Assembly (NCBI GenBank): GCA_028534125.1
Contig: CM052816.1
Coordinates: forward strand, 71,302,001 to 71,366,000
Source: Lama glama
Taxonomy: Eukaryota
Reading direction: 5' to 3'
Length of the DNA stretch: 64,000 nucleotides
Made by a program: the position numbers and the translations under genes. Shown here in pieces: positions 37,070 to 51,123 of the stretch (position 1 is the first letter of the stretch; each line of letters opens with the position of its first letter). The notes beneath the pieces are model-generated. The model worked only from the letters and a program-made list of their open reading frames with translations. It searched no databases and had not been told where the DNA came from.

Positions 37070-38760
37070 TATAAATAACATTTTAATTTTGTATTTTTAC
37101 ATATGGATTCCACATATTTCTTTTTAGAAACTTTTCTGCTGTTTTATATGTTTTGCTCCTTTCAAAGAATAGGTTTTTTCCTCATGATATTTATAAATTG
37201 ATTAATACTGGCATGTAGGAAACTCTATCAAATTTATGCATCTAATATTCAATCATTTTTGCAAATTTTAAGGCTCTCTTTATTGATTTTTGGGGATTTG
37301 TTTGTATATAATCATATTTTACTTGGGGTTCAATTAAAAAATAACTTATGAGAGGTTTTGAATGCTTTGGCCTTTGAATGCTTGCTTCTCAGCGCAATAT
37401 TCAGCTTGATATCACTTTTACAAAGTAAAATAGCATGTAAGCAATTAATATCAATTTAACAAATTTTAAATCACAGTTGAAAACACAGACCAAACAATTA
37501 AGTTTCAGACGTCTGAATTTTCCAAGTTAACATTAGTATATTACTTTATATTTTGTCCACGACTGTCAACAGGTATGGTTATAGACACTAAAAACACTGA
37601 AAGGGGTATAGAGCCAGCTGAGTAAATCTCGAGTTTCCCTGAATTCCTTCTTTTACAATCCTCCACCTTGTTTATACCTTTTTGTTTCAGATTCTAGCAT
37701 TGACCTTACCTTTCTGACAGTATTAAATAATAATAATGATATGTAGCTAGTATCCCCGACTTTCTCTTTATTTTAATGAATCTAGGTGAAGTTAATAAAA
37801 ATAAAAATGATCTTGACTGTTAGTTTACAAAGATACTTTTAACATATACATGTGTATGTTTTTGTTCTGTTTTATTTTATGTTTTAAAATCAGAGATGGT
37901 AATAAATGTATCAGATGCCTTTTAGGTAACCTGAAGTCATTTTGCTTTTCTACTCTAATTACCTGAAATACTATATACTAGTGATGTGTTTCTCAGTATT
38001 ACATTGATTTTTTATTACCGGAAAAACATTGCTTATCCTTGATTTGTTGAGTACATACTTTAGGTTTTGTGTCTCATTTTACAAATAAAAGAGATCTTTA
38101 GTTTTCTTTTTTGATTTTTTTTCAGGTTTTGAAACATGGGTTTTAGTAACTTTACAACATGGATCATATTTATTTCCATATTTATTTATGTTTTGAAACA
38201 TAATAGCTATATAACAAATTAAGGCAGAGAACTTACTGCATTGCCAACACATTCTGACATACAGGTACTGATGAATAGCAATAAGTATTTCTTTGAAAAT
38301 TTTTTATGAATGCTCCAAAAAACTTATCTGTATGCAGAAACTATTTTTTAAAAATTAGTACATATTTTTCAGTGTCTTTCATAGTTTCAGAGGCTACTAA
38401 AACTTTCTGCAATTTTTCATTCAATTTTATAGATTTCAATATTTCTTAAATATTTTCAGAGTAATTCAAATTTGTTCTATTTAATATTCTTTAATAAATT
38501 AATCACTTTCCAATGTAGTTATGTTTTCTTTTTATGTTTTCTAATATTTCAAATTCATTTGTTCCCTCTAAGTTAATTAATTTAATCTAATTAATTTAAA
38601 ATTTAATTTAATTTTAAGTTTTCCAGTTTTGTATATTTAATCTTCAAAACAGCTTTTAAGCAAGCTCTTGAAAGCACATATCATGACCATTGTTTTTCTG
38701 TGTTGTAATCACTATTTACTGTTTGCATCTGTACCATATTTTTTATTTTATTTAATTTTG
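37070..38760 (-). mobile_element. Old L1ME-like antisense relic
   Basis: T-rich tract with ATGTATCAGATGCCTTTT and other decayed antisense ORF2-like motifs; highly diverged. Confidence 0.45.
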
Positions 38761-41089
38761 TCACAGAGAAATAGAGAGACAGAGACCATAATGAACATAT
38801 GAAGATTAATTGATTCTCTGCATCATTTTTATGAGGTTAACATCTGATAACTAAAACATGACTAAGTCAAAAATTATTTTTTAAGTGTTAATAGTTAGAA
38901 AAATTTAGAAAAAGTTAAACTTGTGCTATTAACTACATCATTATATGGTTATATTATTATTTTGCCACCATGCAAAGATTACCTAACACAGAGCCTGTGG
39001 ACATAACATAACATTCTGGTTAAAGTGATACAAATTTGTCAATATGTAAGTTTTAAATTGTAAGTCCAATTAATGTACTATTTAGTATATATTCCAGGTC
39101 TGCTATTTTCCATCTGAACATTAAAAGCCATGAAAAATTAGAGGGACATCATTTTTTTTTTTTACTCAACTTTGTGGTACTGAGCTTACCTGGCTTCTCT
39201 ACAACCACCGTGGAAGACTTCAAAGTTGATCTCAGTATCAGTCGCCACTGTTGCGATAGATACCCTGCATATTAGTTTTCCTAGTTATGAAAACTCTGAC
39301 ACTGGCAAATGGTAATGAATATAGCATGCATCTAATTGCTTCTCCACCAACTGTAGGAATGTTTTATTTAAAGCAATTAAGAAATTGTGCTTTGACAGGT
39401 TTCAAATTTCATCCATCTGCTTACATATGATTTTCTGGGTGGATATATGAATATTAATAGCAACTCTGTAAACAGGTGCTACGATTCTTTTCTTTGAGAA
39501 ACAATTTTGTCACATATGCATAGCCCTGGGCAGTAATGACCTAATTTTGTCGCTGTTTACTACCTAGTAGCTCAAATGGCAATGACATCATTTATCCTAT
39601 GGGTGGCATCTGCTCCCTGTGTCATTGATATGCACAGTGATGTGTATGTATGTGTCAATATAAGAATATATATATATATATATATATATTTTCTTAGCAA
39701 CCATTTTTGTAACAAACAGCAACTGGAGTCCAGGGTGGGGAAGTGAGAATCTGAGAAATGGTAATTATCTTTCTATTTGTGACACAGATATGAGTATAGT
39801 AAAAACATGTTGGCATTTATATGCAAGTCACACACTGGTTTAATGATCTCAGTTTAATGAATTGTTTATTATAAACAGGCTTAGTGATATTTTCCTTGAA
39901 ATATTGAATACACTGAGTCACAGATGAGATGAGATTTCAGAAATCTCACACATTCTACTCTAAATAAGAAGAGTAAAAATAAACTCTAATTGTTTGAATG
40001 TATAAATCTAACATTCCTGACCTACATTCTTTTTTCCTATTTTTATGTTTCAGTTCAACACAAAGTATCTTTAAATGTTCATCTCCATCTTAATATCATT
40101 GTGAATTTGATCTATTTTATTAAATATATCATTTGGAACTATGTTCTAGTTATTTGCATTTGGTTTCCTAGATCATTATGGGTTATTTTGATTGGGCATA
40201 TGAGAGAATCTAAGAAAATAACTGTTTTATAGCCATCCTATAAGTCACTAACAAAACTGTTCAACTATAAATGATATAGGATAGTTAATTAGATGGAAGC
40301 TGGAATGTGAATGAAAGTTGTACTTCATTCATACTGCCAAAAGAAGACCAGAGGAGTATTTGAAAGATTCTATTACCACATTAGGACTGGAAGTCTTCAA
40401 TGTTTAATCTATTAATTTGCTCCAAACAGTGCCCTGACATCATTTGACATTTAAGGAACTGACAGGCACCACTAACCCGTAAGAAGGTAAGCACAAACAT
40501 TATGAGTAAAATCAGACATCTTCAGAAGTAAGTGGCAATAAAGAGATGCTTACCTAACAGTGCTGTCTTATTCTTCCACTATGTAGCATAATGCAAAAAT
40601 ACAGGGCATGTTTAGGATTATCATTGCAAAGAACATAAAATCCAAGTCCCTGCCTTTAAGAAGCTTGCAGTCTATTCATCTGAAAACCCTAAGGAGTTTA
40701 TAGTAGGAAAATGGGAATTTTTCATGAATAAATTCTTACAGAAATTACATACTTAATAGTTTTTAGCTTTGAATCATATATGTAAAGAAATATAATAGGA
40801 AAAAATTGAACTTCAAGGTATCTTTATAAGTCAGAAAATTTTATGATGTAGCATAGGGTTCATACAGTACTTTAAAAAGAAATAGATAAAATATATCAAA
40901 TTGAAAATCTGATTTCAATGAAAAGTGAATAGCATTTGTTAACATATTAAATGCCAAGTAGAAAAAGAAATACTTAAAGCACTTTTTAAAAATTACATTC
41001 ACAAGTAATTTGAAAAACTTATCATTTCAATAATTCTTAAAAATTGGAATAAGTATGACAATATCCTTTGGAATCTATACCTTCTGGGA

Positions 41090-41390
41090 GAAGAGAATGG
41101 AGGAAGTACAGATGTAGGATGATTGACAACTTTGGATCAATGTGATGATTGTATCAATTTCAGATTCTCTGCTAACAATAGGTGTCTGATTGAACACCAC
41201 TGACTTTATTGGGAAGTGGATGGAATATAATATACCTTGCAGTGCATTAGTTGTTTGCGTTGATTGGATGAAAGACAAATTTCACATGGAGGAGAGTCTG
41301 AATCCCATCACTGTTGCAATTACATTGAACACCAGTGGAAAAGTGCCCTGTTGCTCCTGCAGTCGGCTGCACATTAGCAGAATTTTTTCA
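41090..41390 (+). mobile_element. Ancient RTE-clade LINE (L4/MamRTE-like) reverse-transcriptase fossil
   Basis: Across a frameshift it translates as TTLDQ..RFSANNRCLIEH / FIGKWMEYNIPCSALVVCVDW, resembling the RTE RT motif TLD..GFR..STIDH..LIEKCREYNIPLCLxFVDYxKAFD. Confidence 0.5.
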
Positions 41391-42891
41391 AGCCATTGGG
41401 CTTCCAGAATGCCACATGATTTCTTTTTCAATAAATTGAAACTTGTTTCGATATGTATGCTTAATAGTAAGTTAAATAATTGAGTCTCTAAAGCACTGAC
41501 TGTTTCTTAATAGACCTCTCCATCTTTCTTGCACACTCTAAGTATTCAATAGTGTTTAGCAGCTGATGGGCCTACTGGCCCTGAAATATATGTAATTGCA
41601 ATAAAATACATTTAGAAGCTTTTCTCTTGTATATTAAGTGATGACATAAATAAGGAATATATCAGTAAAACCAGGAGTATTTCTAACTCGGAATAAAATG
41701 AAAACTTTGAAGCCATTGAGAGCTGTGGCCCCCACCTTCTTTGTGAGCAGTGTATGACATCTTTATCCTAGTGTTCCAAATAAGTGCTTTTTTTAAGAGT
41801 AAACTAAATACACCCTTTACTGGATAAATTTATTATAATATGCAGTATAAACACCTTGTAAAGCAAAAGCAAGCAGGAATTTTTTAAGTTTTTATTTTGT
41901 TTATCAATTTGGTGCCATCAACATTTACTTCCCAAATGCTTGAAGACTATTGGGATTCTGAAAAAAAATTAAAATAAAAAATAAAAAAAACGAATCTGAT
42001 TGTAGCGGCTTTCTAAGAAACATTTTTTTTAACCATTTATCAAACCTCTTTGCTCTGTTAGGCTTCACAAAATGACAAGGCTATTTTAGAGCCATAAACC
42101 TCAGTGCCCTGTGCAGTTATGGCTGCAACCAAAGACGGCTGGAGAGAAAATGAAGCCATAATTGACTACAGGTGCTCAAGCCTAACATTTCCCAACAGCA
42201 TCTCAAGATTCTTAGACTGGTATTTCTTTCTCCCTCCCAAACCCAGACCAATGGAATTCATCCACTGGGTAAACTGAGGGACCTTCAGGTTGCCCCTGAG
42301 GTCTCTACATGGCCCAAGGCATGAGTAGTGGTCCTATCCAGAAAAGCCAGTGATTAGCATGTATTTGACTGCTAGTTACATTCAGTGCCCAGGATGAAAA
42401 TAAAATGATAGCAATTTTCTAAGCTCACGGATCATTTCTAACTTGGTACAAAGCTTTGCCTTCAAATCTAAGGGAAGTGTTCTGTCCTTTGGAAGTTGCT
42501 ATTAAAATATAGACTGGAAACATTACATTTTATTGGCTTAGCCTTTCCCTGCACTGCCTATAAAAACAGACACTGCTTTAAAACCTCTCACTAATGTCCA
42601 CTTTCTTGAGGGTGGAGCTGACCTCAAGCAGTTTACTACTTGTCTGTTAGTTAAGACTAATTAACTTTGACTTTGTTGTTAGGGCACCCTAATCTGGGGT
42701 TTCATCTTAAATAAATTGAAGAAATACTGGGTTCAATCCAGCCCTGGACAGTGACTGTTTAAGACTTCATATATTAAGACTCCATTACTTCTTTACTTCA
42801 TAGATCTTACTTACAAGAACACTTTGTAAATGTGCAATCAGTTCATCATTCTCTGATAAGTAAATGTTCTTTAACACCAAATATTTTTTTT

Positions 42892-43391
42892 NNNNNNNNN
42901 NNNNNNNNNNNNNNNNNNNNNNNNNNNNNNNNNNNNNNNNNNNNNNNNNNNNNNNNNNNNNNNNNNNNNNNNNNNNNNNNNNNNNNNNNNNNNNNNNNNN
43001 NNNNNNNNNNNNNNNNNNNNNNNNNNNNNNNNNNNNNNNNNNNNNNNNNNNNNNNNNNNNNNNNNNNNNNNNNNNNNNNNNNNNNNNNNNNNNNNNNNNN
43101 NNNNNNNNNNNNNNNNNNNNNNNNNNNNNNNNNNNNNNNNNNNNNNNNNNNNNNNNNNNNNNNNNNNNNNNNNNNNNNNNNNNNNNNNNNNNNNNNNNNN
43201 NNNNNNNNNNNNNNNNNNNNNNNNNNNNNNNNNNNNNNNNNNNNNNNNNNNNNNNNNNNNNNNNNNNNNNNNNNNNNNNNNNNNNNNNNNNNNNNNNNNN
43301 NNNNNNNNNNNNNNNNNNNNNNNNNNNNNNNNNNNNNNNNNNNNNNNNNNNNNNNNNNNNNNNNNNNNNNNNNNNNNNNNNNNNNNNNNNN
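42892..43391. other. Assembly gap (500 N)
   Basis: Exactly 500 N, preceded by a T-run. Confidence 1.
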
Positions 43392-43479
43392 GAAGCTGGG
43401 TAGAGACTGTCAGGTGTGTGTGAGGAGGGAGTGTGGAGAGGCTGTTCCCTAAGCTCTTCGCGTAAACCTCTATCACAAT

Positions 43480-43875
43480 TATTATGCTGGACTGTAATTA
43501 TTTGTCCTTTGACTCTTCCTTTAGATAAATTATTTCCCCAGGAAATACTCTATTTCTCATCCATCTGGATATTCCAGCATCAAGCACAATGCCTACATGC
43601 AGTTAAGTGTCACTAAAACTTTAATGTATTAATGAAAAGCCCTTATAATCTGAATGATAACAAAAACAATAGGTAGCAAACTATTAAGTGCTAACTACGT
43701 GCTGCACATTGTGCTCTGGTCTCACTGACTTCTCACAACTTTATGAAAACATTTTTAATTTTTAATAATGATTATTATTATTCCTGTCTTACCAATGAGG
43801 AAACTGAGCTACAGAGGTGCTAAACAATTTGAATAAAACCACATGGCCAACAATCAACGGAAAAGAAATTCAAAC
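43480..43875. mobile_element. L2 3' tail (+, about 43480-43635) followed by a MIR (-, about 43660-43875)
   Basis: CCAGCATCAAGCACAATGCCTACATGCAG, then ATTAAGTGCTAACTACGTGC...ATGAGGAAACTGAGCTACAGAGG. Confidence 0.7.
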
Positions 43876-45115
43876 CTCCCATGTCTTTCAAGTTTCTGCC
43901 ACACAGAACAGAAACAGATACCTTGTCAACCTCCATATTGCTAGGATTTTTTTTAAGGTGCTCTCAGAAATTATGATCTCTGTTATATCAAAGAAGCTGA
44001 ACCAAGACAAGTTAAAGTCTATCAAGCTGACAAGTTCAATTCATTCACCCAAAATAGCATAATATCCCAATAATTATTTCTAAATGATAGTTTTAATTAT
44101 GGTGGATTTGAGAACAAAGAAACAAGAAACAGGAGGGAAAGAATGACAGAGCATTTCCATTCCACACTAGAACTTGAAGTACCTGCTTTTCCTTTTCTAG
44201 GGAGGTGCGGCGGTGGGGGATGGGGACCATCAGGCAGCGGCCACATTAACAATTGATAAAATGTATAAATCCAAACAGGGATCAAGGAATCATCAGGGTC
44301 TTATTCACTGGTCAAGCAGCAATGGGGCTGATTTGAGTGATAATTCTACTGCCCTGACCAAGCTGCATGCACATTCCTAAGGGAAATAAAATGAAATGAG
44401 CGCAGTAATAAGCAAAAGCAGCGGGAGACAGATTACACTATAGAAATGAAGAGCACCTTGTCCCACGGCTATCTGTGCTCACGGCTCAATTCTTCTGCCC
44501 GTGAATGAAGCAAAATGGTGGATTATGAGGCCCAGGTCTCAACTGTGACACTGAGAAAATGGTTGAACGGTGTCTCTAGTTCTTAGGGTTAAAACTAGAA
44601 ACTTTGAGTATATGGATATTTGTTTAAATATTCCATACTCATATACACTTTGTATACCCTTTGCTTTTAAGATTAGTATTGCTTTTCATGAGGGTCATTT
44701 AAGCTATTTCATGTTAATGTTCTCAACCCATTCCCTGTATTTCAAATTAAATGCTTAGTGCTTCTAGAATAAAGACTTTCATGTCTTTATTTGTGTGTGT
44801 TTCCATCACAGTTTAGGTGACTGATGAAGTTACAAATCAGAATTTCCATTATAACTGTTATAAACATCAGAACACTAACAATATTTACATCTCCTCATTT
44901 TAGAGGAAAAAGGTAAACTCCTCTCAACTTTAAGAATCATCCTTAGTTACATCTTATACATACTTTTCCATGAGAGTAGAATGTGATTCAAAATCCAGGC
45001 CTATAATCAAGTTTTGAGTTATTTTGTAGTTTTGCAGTAACACTGTGATATTTTTTAAAGCATAGAGAAAAGTCACTTGCAGAATAATAGAGGAGGATTC
45101 GCTGCAATTACCTAC

Positions 45116-45488
45116 TGTATTTGTTCGCTTGGGCCACCATAATGAACACCACCAACTGGGTAGGTTAAACAACAGAAATTTATTTTTTCACAGTTCTAAA
45201 GGCTAGAAATAGAACAAGGTATGGCAGGGTTGGTTTCTTCCAAGGTCTCTCCACAAGGCTTGTGGGAGGCCGTCTTCCGTCTGTCTTCACATGATCTTAC
45301 CTCTGTGCATGTCTGCATCCCAGTCTCCTCTTTTTATAAGAACAGCATATTGGATTAGGGCCTACTCTAATGACCTCATTCAACCCTAATTACCTCTTTA
45401 AAGACCTTATCTCTAAATATAGTTACCTACTGAGACACTGGGACTTAAATATATGAATTTTGGGGAGCACAAATCAGCCCATAAAACG
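45116..45488 (-). mobile_element. MLT1A/B-like solo LTR, near full length
   Basis: TGTATTTG...TTAAACAACAGAAATTTATT...ATTGGATTAGGGCC...CCTAATTACCTCTTTAAAGACC...GCACAAATCAGCCCATAA. Confidence 0.85.
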
Positions 45489-45489
45489 T

Positions 45490-45890
45490 ATTAATAAAGT
45501 GTTCCTAAGAGATAGTCATAAGGGATTGGGGAAAACTGGGCAGGAAGAGAGGATGCAATGTAAGGTGTGTATCAGGCAGCCTCAGCCTCAGCCTCATGGC
45601 GCTAGGTTCTCTGGCGTGTCAAGTGCACTTCAGTGTCTGTCCTTTCTGAGGAAAGGAGACTTGCTTTCTATGCTTTCATACTCTGCACCATTGGCCACTG
45701 GCCACAGAAGAGAGTTGGAAAGTAACATCTCATATACTTCTGACTCTGTGTGCAATCAAAGCAGCTCTAGGAACTCCATGCAGAGTGGTCCAGGGAGAGC
45801 CCCAGATGTGGGCCGTCAGAAGCAAACACAGAGAGGGTTGGTAAATAGGACCCTGGAGGTTCTGAGCAGGGCACCAACTTTGTCCACTCT
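45490..45890 (-). mobile_element. LTR16-like (ERVL) solo LTR
   Basis: AAGGGATTGGGGAAAACTGGGCAGGAAGAG...GCCTCAGCCT...CATTGGCCA. Accounts for the 149-aa ORF at 45460-45909. Confidence 0.55.
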
Positions 45891-46194
45891 TAACAGATCA
45901 TGTAGGTAGTTATAAGGAAAGTGTGGTTTATTCAGAAGTATGTTTTACCATTTGTTTATTCACCCTAAGATCAATTTAAAATGTATATATCCAGAACATT
46001 ATAATACTTTTCTGAAGTTTTAGAATGATGGCTTTTTTCCTCCAATGGTATATACCATGCGATATAGAATAGTACAAATGAAAAAGTAAAAATGTATCTA
46101 ATATACCACCACTCCATATGTAACCATTAATATTTTATATATAAATAGATGACTCAGTTATGAATATATAAAAATGGGATCATAATACATGCTC

Positions 46195-47580
46195 TAGAAA
46201 GATGTCAAATCTCCTCAAAGCAATCTATAAATTTAGTACAATTCCAATTTAAAAATCCCCATTGGTTTATTCCTGGAACTAGCCAAACTTATTTTAAAAG
46301 TATATGGAAAAATAGATGTACGGCAATAGCTAAGACAATCCCAAATAAATGAATAAGAAAGTGTACTCATCATATTAGAAATGGAAGTATTTTATAAAGC
46401 TGTAATAATTAAAACAATGTTATATTTATTAATAAATTAAAATATAGGCTAGTGGAACAGAATAAAGAGCTGATATTCAAGTATATAGAATCTCAGGATA
46501 TAGTAGAAAAGTGGATTGTTTGATCCTAGAATGATTAAAAATCTAAATATAATAAGTAAAATGTTATGGTTATTAGAATAAAATATGGCTTTACAAGGAG
46601 TTTCTTAACTAAACACTAAATTCACACATCATAAAAACAAAGGTTAACAAATGTGACTATATCAAATTTTAACCTTCTGGAGAAAAAAGATACTTAAACA
46701 AAGGAACAAATATATGTAACAGATAAAGAATTAGCATCCAACTTCACAGATAAGTAGGTAAGGGAAATGAAAATAGAGAAATTAAAACAACAGACACAAT
46801 CAAAAGATACAGCTTTATCCCCATCAGATTGGTTAAAAAAACAAACAAACAAGCAAAAACATGTTTGTCAAAGTCAAGTGTTGGTGAAGATGTGGTGACA
46901 GGAACATTCTCATAAACTTTGGAGACCAGCTTGACAGTAGAGGTTATTCATACCCTTCAAATTATCAGTTGTATTTCAGGGTGGAGTCACTAAGGAATTC
47001 TCACAGCTATTTTGAATGCAGAGACATGCTCAAATAGAGTCACTGCAGCCTTTGTTGTGACAAAATTTTGGAGCAACTCAAATGCCAATAATAAGAGACA
47101 TGAATTATTACACTTAACAAATAATTTTCCATTAAGTGCCTACTCTTTGCCAAACTCTGTTATACACATTCATATATGATTAAACAAGACACAAAAATGT
47201 ATGACCTCAGTAAATAAATTGTGGTACATTCATACAATATTATATTATAAATATTATTATACATGAAATAGATTAATATATAACATGATTAGAATTTTGA
47301 AAACATAATGTTGATTGAAAACATAAGTTGCAGAATATTACATATTATATGAAACATGAAAGGAACATTTAAAAACAAACACATTACATTTTATATCGAT
47401 TATGGATATACAAATATTTAATAAAGATATAAATTATGTTCTTGAAAGAGACACATTTTATGATCATGACAACTTCCTGAGAGAAGGAGGAAATGAGATG
47501 GATGAGGAGTATATGGAATGAATTAATTTTATCTTTAAGGTTTTATTCACTTAAAAAACAAAACTACATCGAAGCAATTA
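46195..47580 (+). mobile_element. Old L1ME-like ORF2 C-terminal and 3' relic
   Basis: CTATAAATTTAGTACAATTCCAAT, TATAAAGCTGTAATAATTAAAACA, TGGAACAGAATAAAGAGC, CAAGTGTTGGTGAAGATGTGG, TAAATTGTGGTACATTCATACAAT. Confidence 0.8.
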
Positions 47581-47639
47581 CAAAAAAAGCTAATATCTGC
47601 GTGATTTGTTTGTTGATGTACTAGTGTATTATATATATC

Positions 47640-48065
47640 TGTCTATTATCATAGACAAAGTGACAAAATCACATCAAATTAGCAGGATCTTAATCAACAT
47701 CTCAGCTGATAGATTCACTTTATTCTATGGAGTTCAGAGGTCTGAGACCTTCCTGTAAGCCATTCTTAGCTTCCATCTTGTGCCAGGATACGCACTTCAG
47801 CTTTTGCCATCATATTTGCTTTCAAACCAGCAGGAAGAGGGTAGGAATAGAGAGGGCAGTTTTCCTCTATGAAAAGCACAGCCCAGAAACTACACACACC
47901 ACTCGTCTTTCTCTCTTGTTTGCTTGAACTTAGCCACTGGATCATCCTAGCTGAAAGAGATTAGACAATGCTGCCTTTACTTGGGGGTTTATGTGCCCAA
48001 GCTAATCATTTTTTGTTATGGAAGAGATGGAGACAGTTATTGGGGGACAACTCTCAATTTTTGCT
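47640..48065 (-). mobile_element. Old MLT1 (J/K-like) LTR
   Basis: AGCCCAGAAACTACACACACCACT...GAACTTAGCCACTGG...CCTAGCTG...TATTGGGGGACAACT. Confidence 0.55.
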
Positions 48066-48329
48066 GTAAGTATTTATAGGAATAACTGCTGTTTTCTTTA
48101 ATTATCTATGTGATTCTTCTATGTAGAAAATCATATTATTTGAAAATAAATACAGGTGGCATCTTCCCTTCTAATCTTTACACGTATGTTCTCTTTTTAG
48201 TTTTATTTCATTGATAATGACTCCAGTGCAATGCTGAATAGGAACAGTGGTAGTGGACAGTTTTGTCATGCAGTTTTCTTGCATGGAAACACGTAAAATT
48301 TTACTATTAACTTGTTTTTAGTGCTATTT

Positions 48330-49860
48330 TTAAAGAGTGCTCTGTCTCTGTGAAGAATGGATCTCAGAAAGATGGGGTAGGAGTATAAGGAGGAGATCAG
48401 GAAAGGTTCCTGCGGAATTCCAAGCCAGAGACAGTGCGGGTTTAGACCACAGAGCGGTTTGTAGTGGGAATGGAGAGAATTGCTTGGATTCCAAATAGGC
48501 TTTGATGAGGGTGGAGAGAAGCTCTCGGATTCAAGATATATTTTAAAGATAGAACCAATAGTATTTGCTGGTGGATTACACTATAATATACGTGTGACAA
48601 GTATAAGAAGAAAATAGTAAATAATGATTTGCTGGCTGTGGCTTTAGCAACCGAGTAAATTGTGATACTAGTATTTGAGATGGGATAGGAATGGGAAGAA
48701 TCAGAAGGTGGGGAAGGAGGGATTTAAGAATTGCTGTTTGATCTAGTTTTTTTTTTAGTTGAGTATTAAAAATTAAAATAGAGATGTCAAATCAGCATTT
48801 GAAAATTAGAGTCTGGCATTTAGGGGCAAGGTCTTGGTTAGATGCATACATTATGAGTTTTCAGTGTATAGATGGTATTTAAATTTACAAATTTGGATAT
48901 CAGCATCACTTGAGTGAAAATAGAGAAAGGAAGAGGCAGAGGACTGAAACATCAAAGATCCCAGAATATAGAGATGAAAGAGAAAAAAATTCCAACTTAT
49001 GAGAATATTATACAGCTGCAGTGAGGGAAGAAAAGATCAGGAAATACGGGGTTCTGAAAACTTAACCGAGGCAAATGCTGCTTAGAGGTAGAATAAAAGC
49101 TGAGAGTAGAACTTTGGACTTGGCCACATGGGGGTTGTTCACAATTTAGAAAGTGTATTTTTTGGTGGAGTATAGGAAATGGTAGCTTGATTAGATTCAG
49201 GGGTGCAGAAAACAGGGAATTTGAAAAGTGGAGACAGTAAGAATAAGGTACTTCTTCCAATAATTTTTGCACTATAGGGAAATGGAATAAAAGAGTTGGA
49301 TGAAGGCAGATACTGGACAAAGGGAGTTTTCCTTCTTCTTTTTAATAAATGGGAAAGTCACAGTATGTTTTCATGATGAGAGTGATTCAGAAAATCTGAT
49401 AGAGTAGGAGAGAAAACACACAAGAGCCAAAGCAATGACCTTAAGAAGGGAAGAACTCAACGTCAGTATTCTGGAGGAAGCTTTTGCCTTTAGAGAGGAA
49501 CAGAACAGTTCTTTTTGTGGCAGCAAGGAAGACAGAATATAGGGGCCTCAGCTAAGAGTGAAGAGAGGAGAGAATACAGAGGTAGGAGGAGAAAGGAGAA
49601 GATGTGTAACATTCATCTTAGAGTAAGGGGGAGGGGTGAATGGAATGTGGAAATACGAAAGCATGGTTGGACAACACTGTGGGATCTCCTGGATTTGGAG
49701 CCATAAATATGAAAGGAGACAGTGCATGGTAATTGTTTTTCCTCAGGTAGGTCCCTCTAGTCCCATACAGGTGCAGAGCAGACTGAGTAACTATTAACTG
49801 GGAATGAAACTTGCTGACAGTCACTCAGAGGGAGAGAAGGCTTAAGGAGGAGAGCATATT
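48330..49860 (-). mobile_element. Decayed L2 LINE
   Basis: Purine-rich tract: GGATTCAAGATATATTTTAAAGATAGAACCAA, GAGATGTCAAATCAGCA, TAGATGGTATTTAAA, TTGGACTTGGCCACATGG. Confidence 0.75.
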
Positions 49861-51123
49861 TGCAGGGAAGCGGTTAGTGTGAGACACATGTACGTCTCTC
49901 TTGCCTCTCTGTAGACGATCATTAGCCTTTCATTTATAGCCATCATTTCTCTGCTTTTCTTAATAGTTTTATTACCTACCTGTGTACCCCTAAACAATAT
50001 AATTTAGTTTTGTGGTTTTGGGAAACTTCTATAAATAAAATTAGATTATATCTTTCTATATTGCTTCCTTAACCTAACATTGTTTTAGCTTTGTAAATAT
50101 CATTCACATTCTGTAGAGCTGTAGTTCGTTTATTACCATTGCTGTACAGTATTCAATTAAATGAAAATACCACAATCTGTTCTCAGGTTGATGGCTGTAT
50201 CAGAAGTATTTTGTCTTTTAGTCTAAGAGTGAGAAAAATTTATTGAAAATGGTAAGTTCATTTTCAACAATAATGAAACCTACAAAAATTGGATAGGCTT
50301 CCAATAAATGCAAAAAGAATATTACTAACCTCATAAAAATATAGATACAAGCAAGATATTCTGTATATCAAAAGTGTAGACTGAACATTTACGTATGTGT
50401 TTTTCCTTCTTTCCCACAATGGACTATTTCTAGTGAGAAAAGCATTTTTTCAAACATGCCTGAAATCACTTGAAAAGTTTCTCTGAATACAGTGAGCTGT
50501 TACTGGTTTAAGTCTCACACCAAAGACTTCATGTTATAAGAAATCAGGTTAATATTTTTAATAATACATGACTGGAAACAACTGACCAAAAGTACCCACC
50601 ATGTAACAAGACTGTGGTGAAGGTAGCTGAAGGCAGAACAACCCTCTGCATGACCTGTGGCAGTCTGTCTGTTTGATATTCAAATATAGGATTCATTCTG
50701 TTTCTTCCCCAAATAACTGCTGTTAGGCGACAGTAAAACTGATGCAACACATTCACTGCTGGGAATCGCTCGTTGGCTCAGCCATAACCTTTCTTCCTAA
50801 AGCTTCCTTGAGTGGAGAGAGATAATTGACAAGTGAAAGGTATCCTAGAAACCTGGAAAGCAAAATAGCATTCACTTGCTAGGAAATACAGCACCTTTTT
50901 ACCAAAACCTCTTTTCTCCTCTAAATCCTGGAAAAATACACATGGTGATAGCAGATGTACTGAAAATTCAGTATTCTTTGTAGGTTACTGCTTTTATTAG
51001 TTTGTTTCCTAGTAGTATAGTGGCTGAATTTTGAAATGAGGAGGAAAGTCAAAAGTCAAAGATATCAAGTTCATGATGAATTAGAAGCGCCTTCATGCTG
51101 GAACTACTGTTCTGTCTACTTCC

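Noticed and set aside
45460..45909. 149-aa ORF
   Set aside because: Non-ATG start; overlaps MLT1 and LTR16-like repeats.
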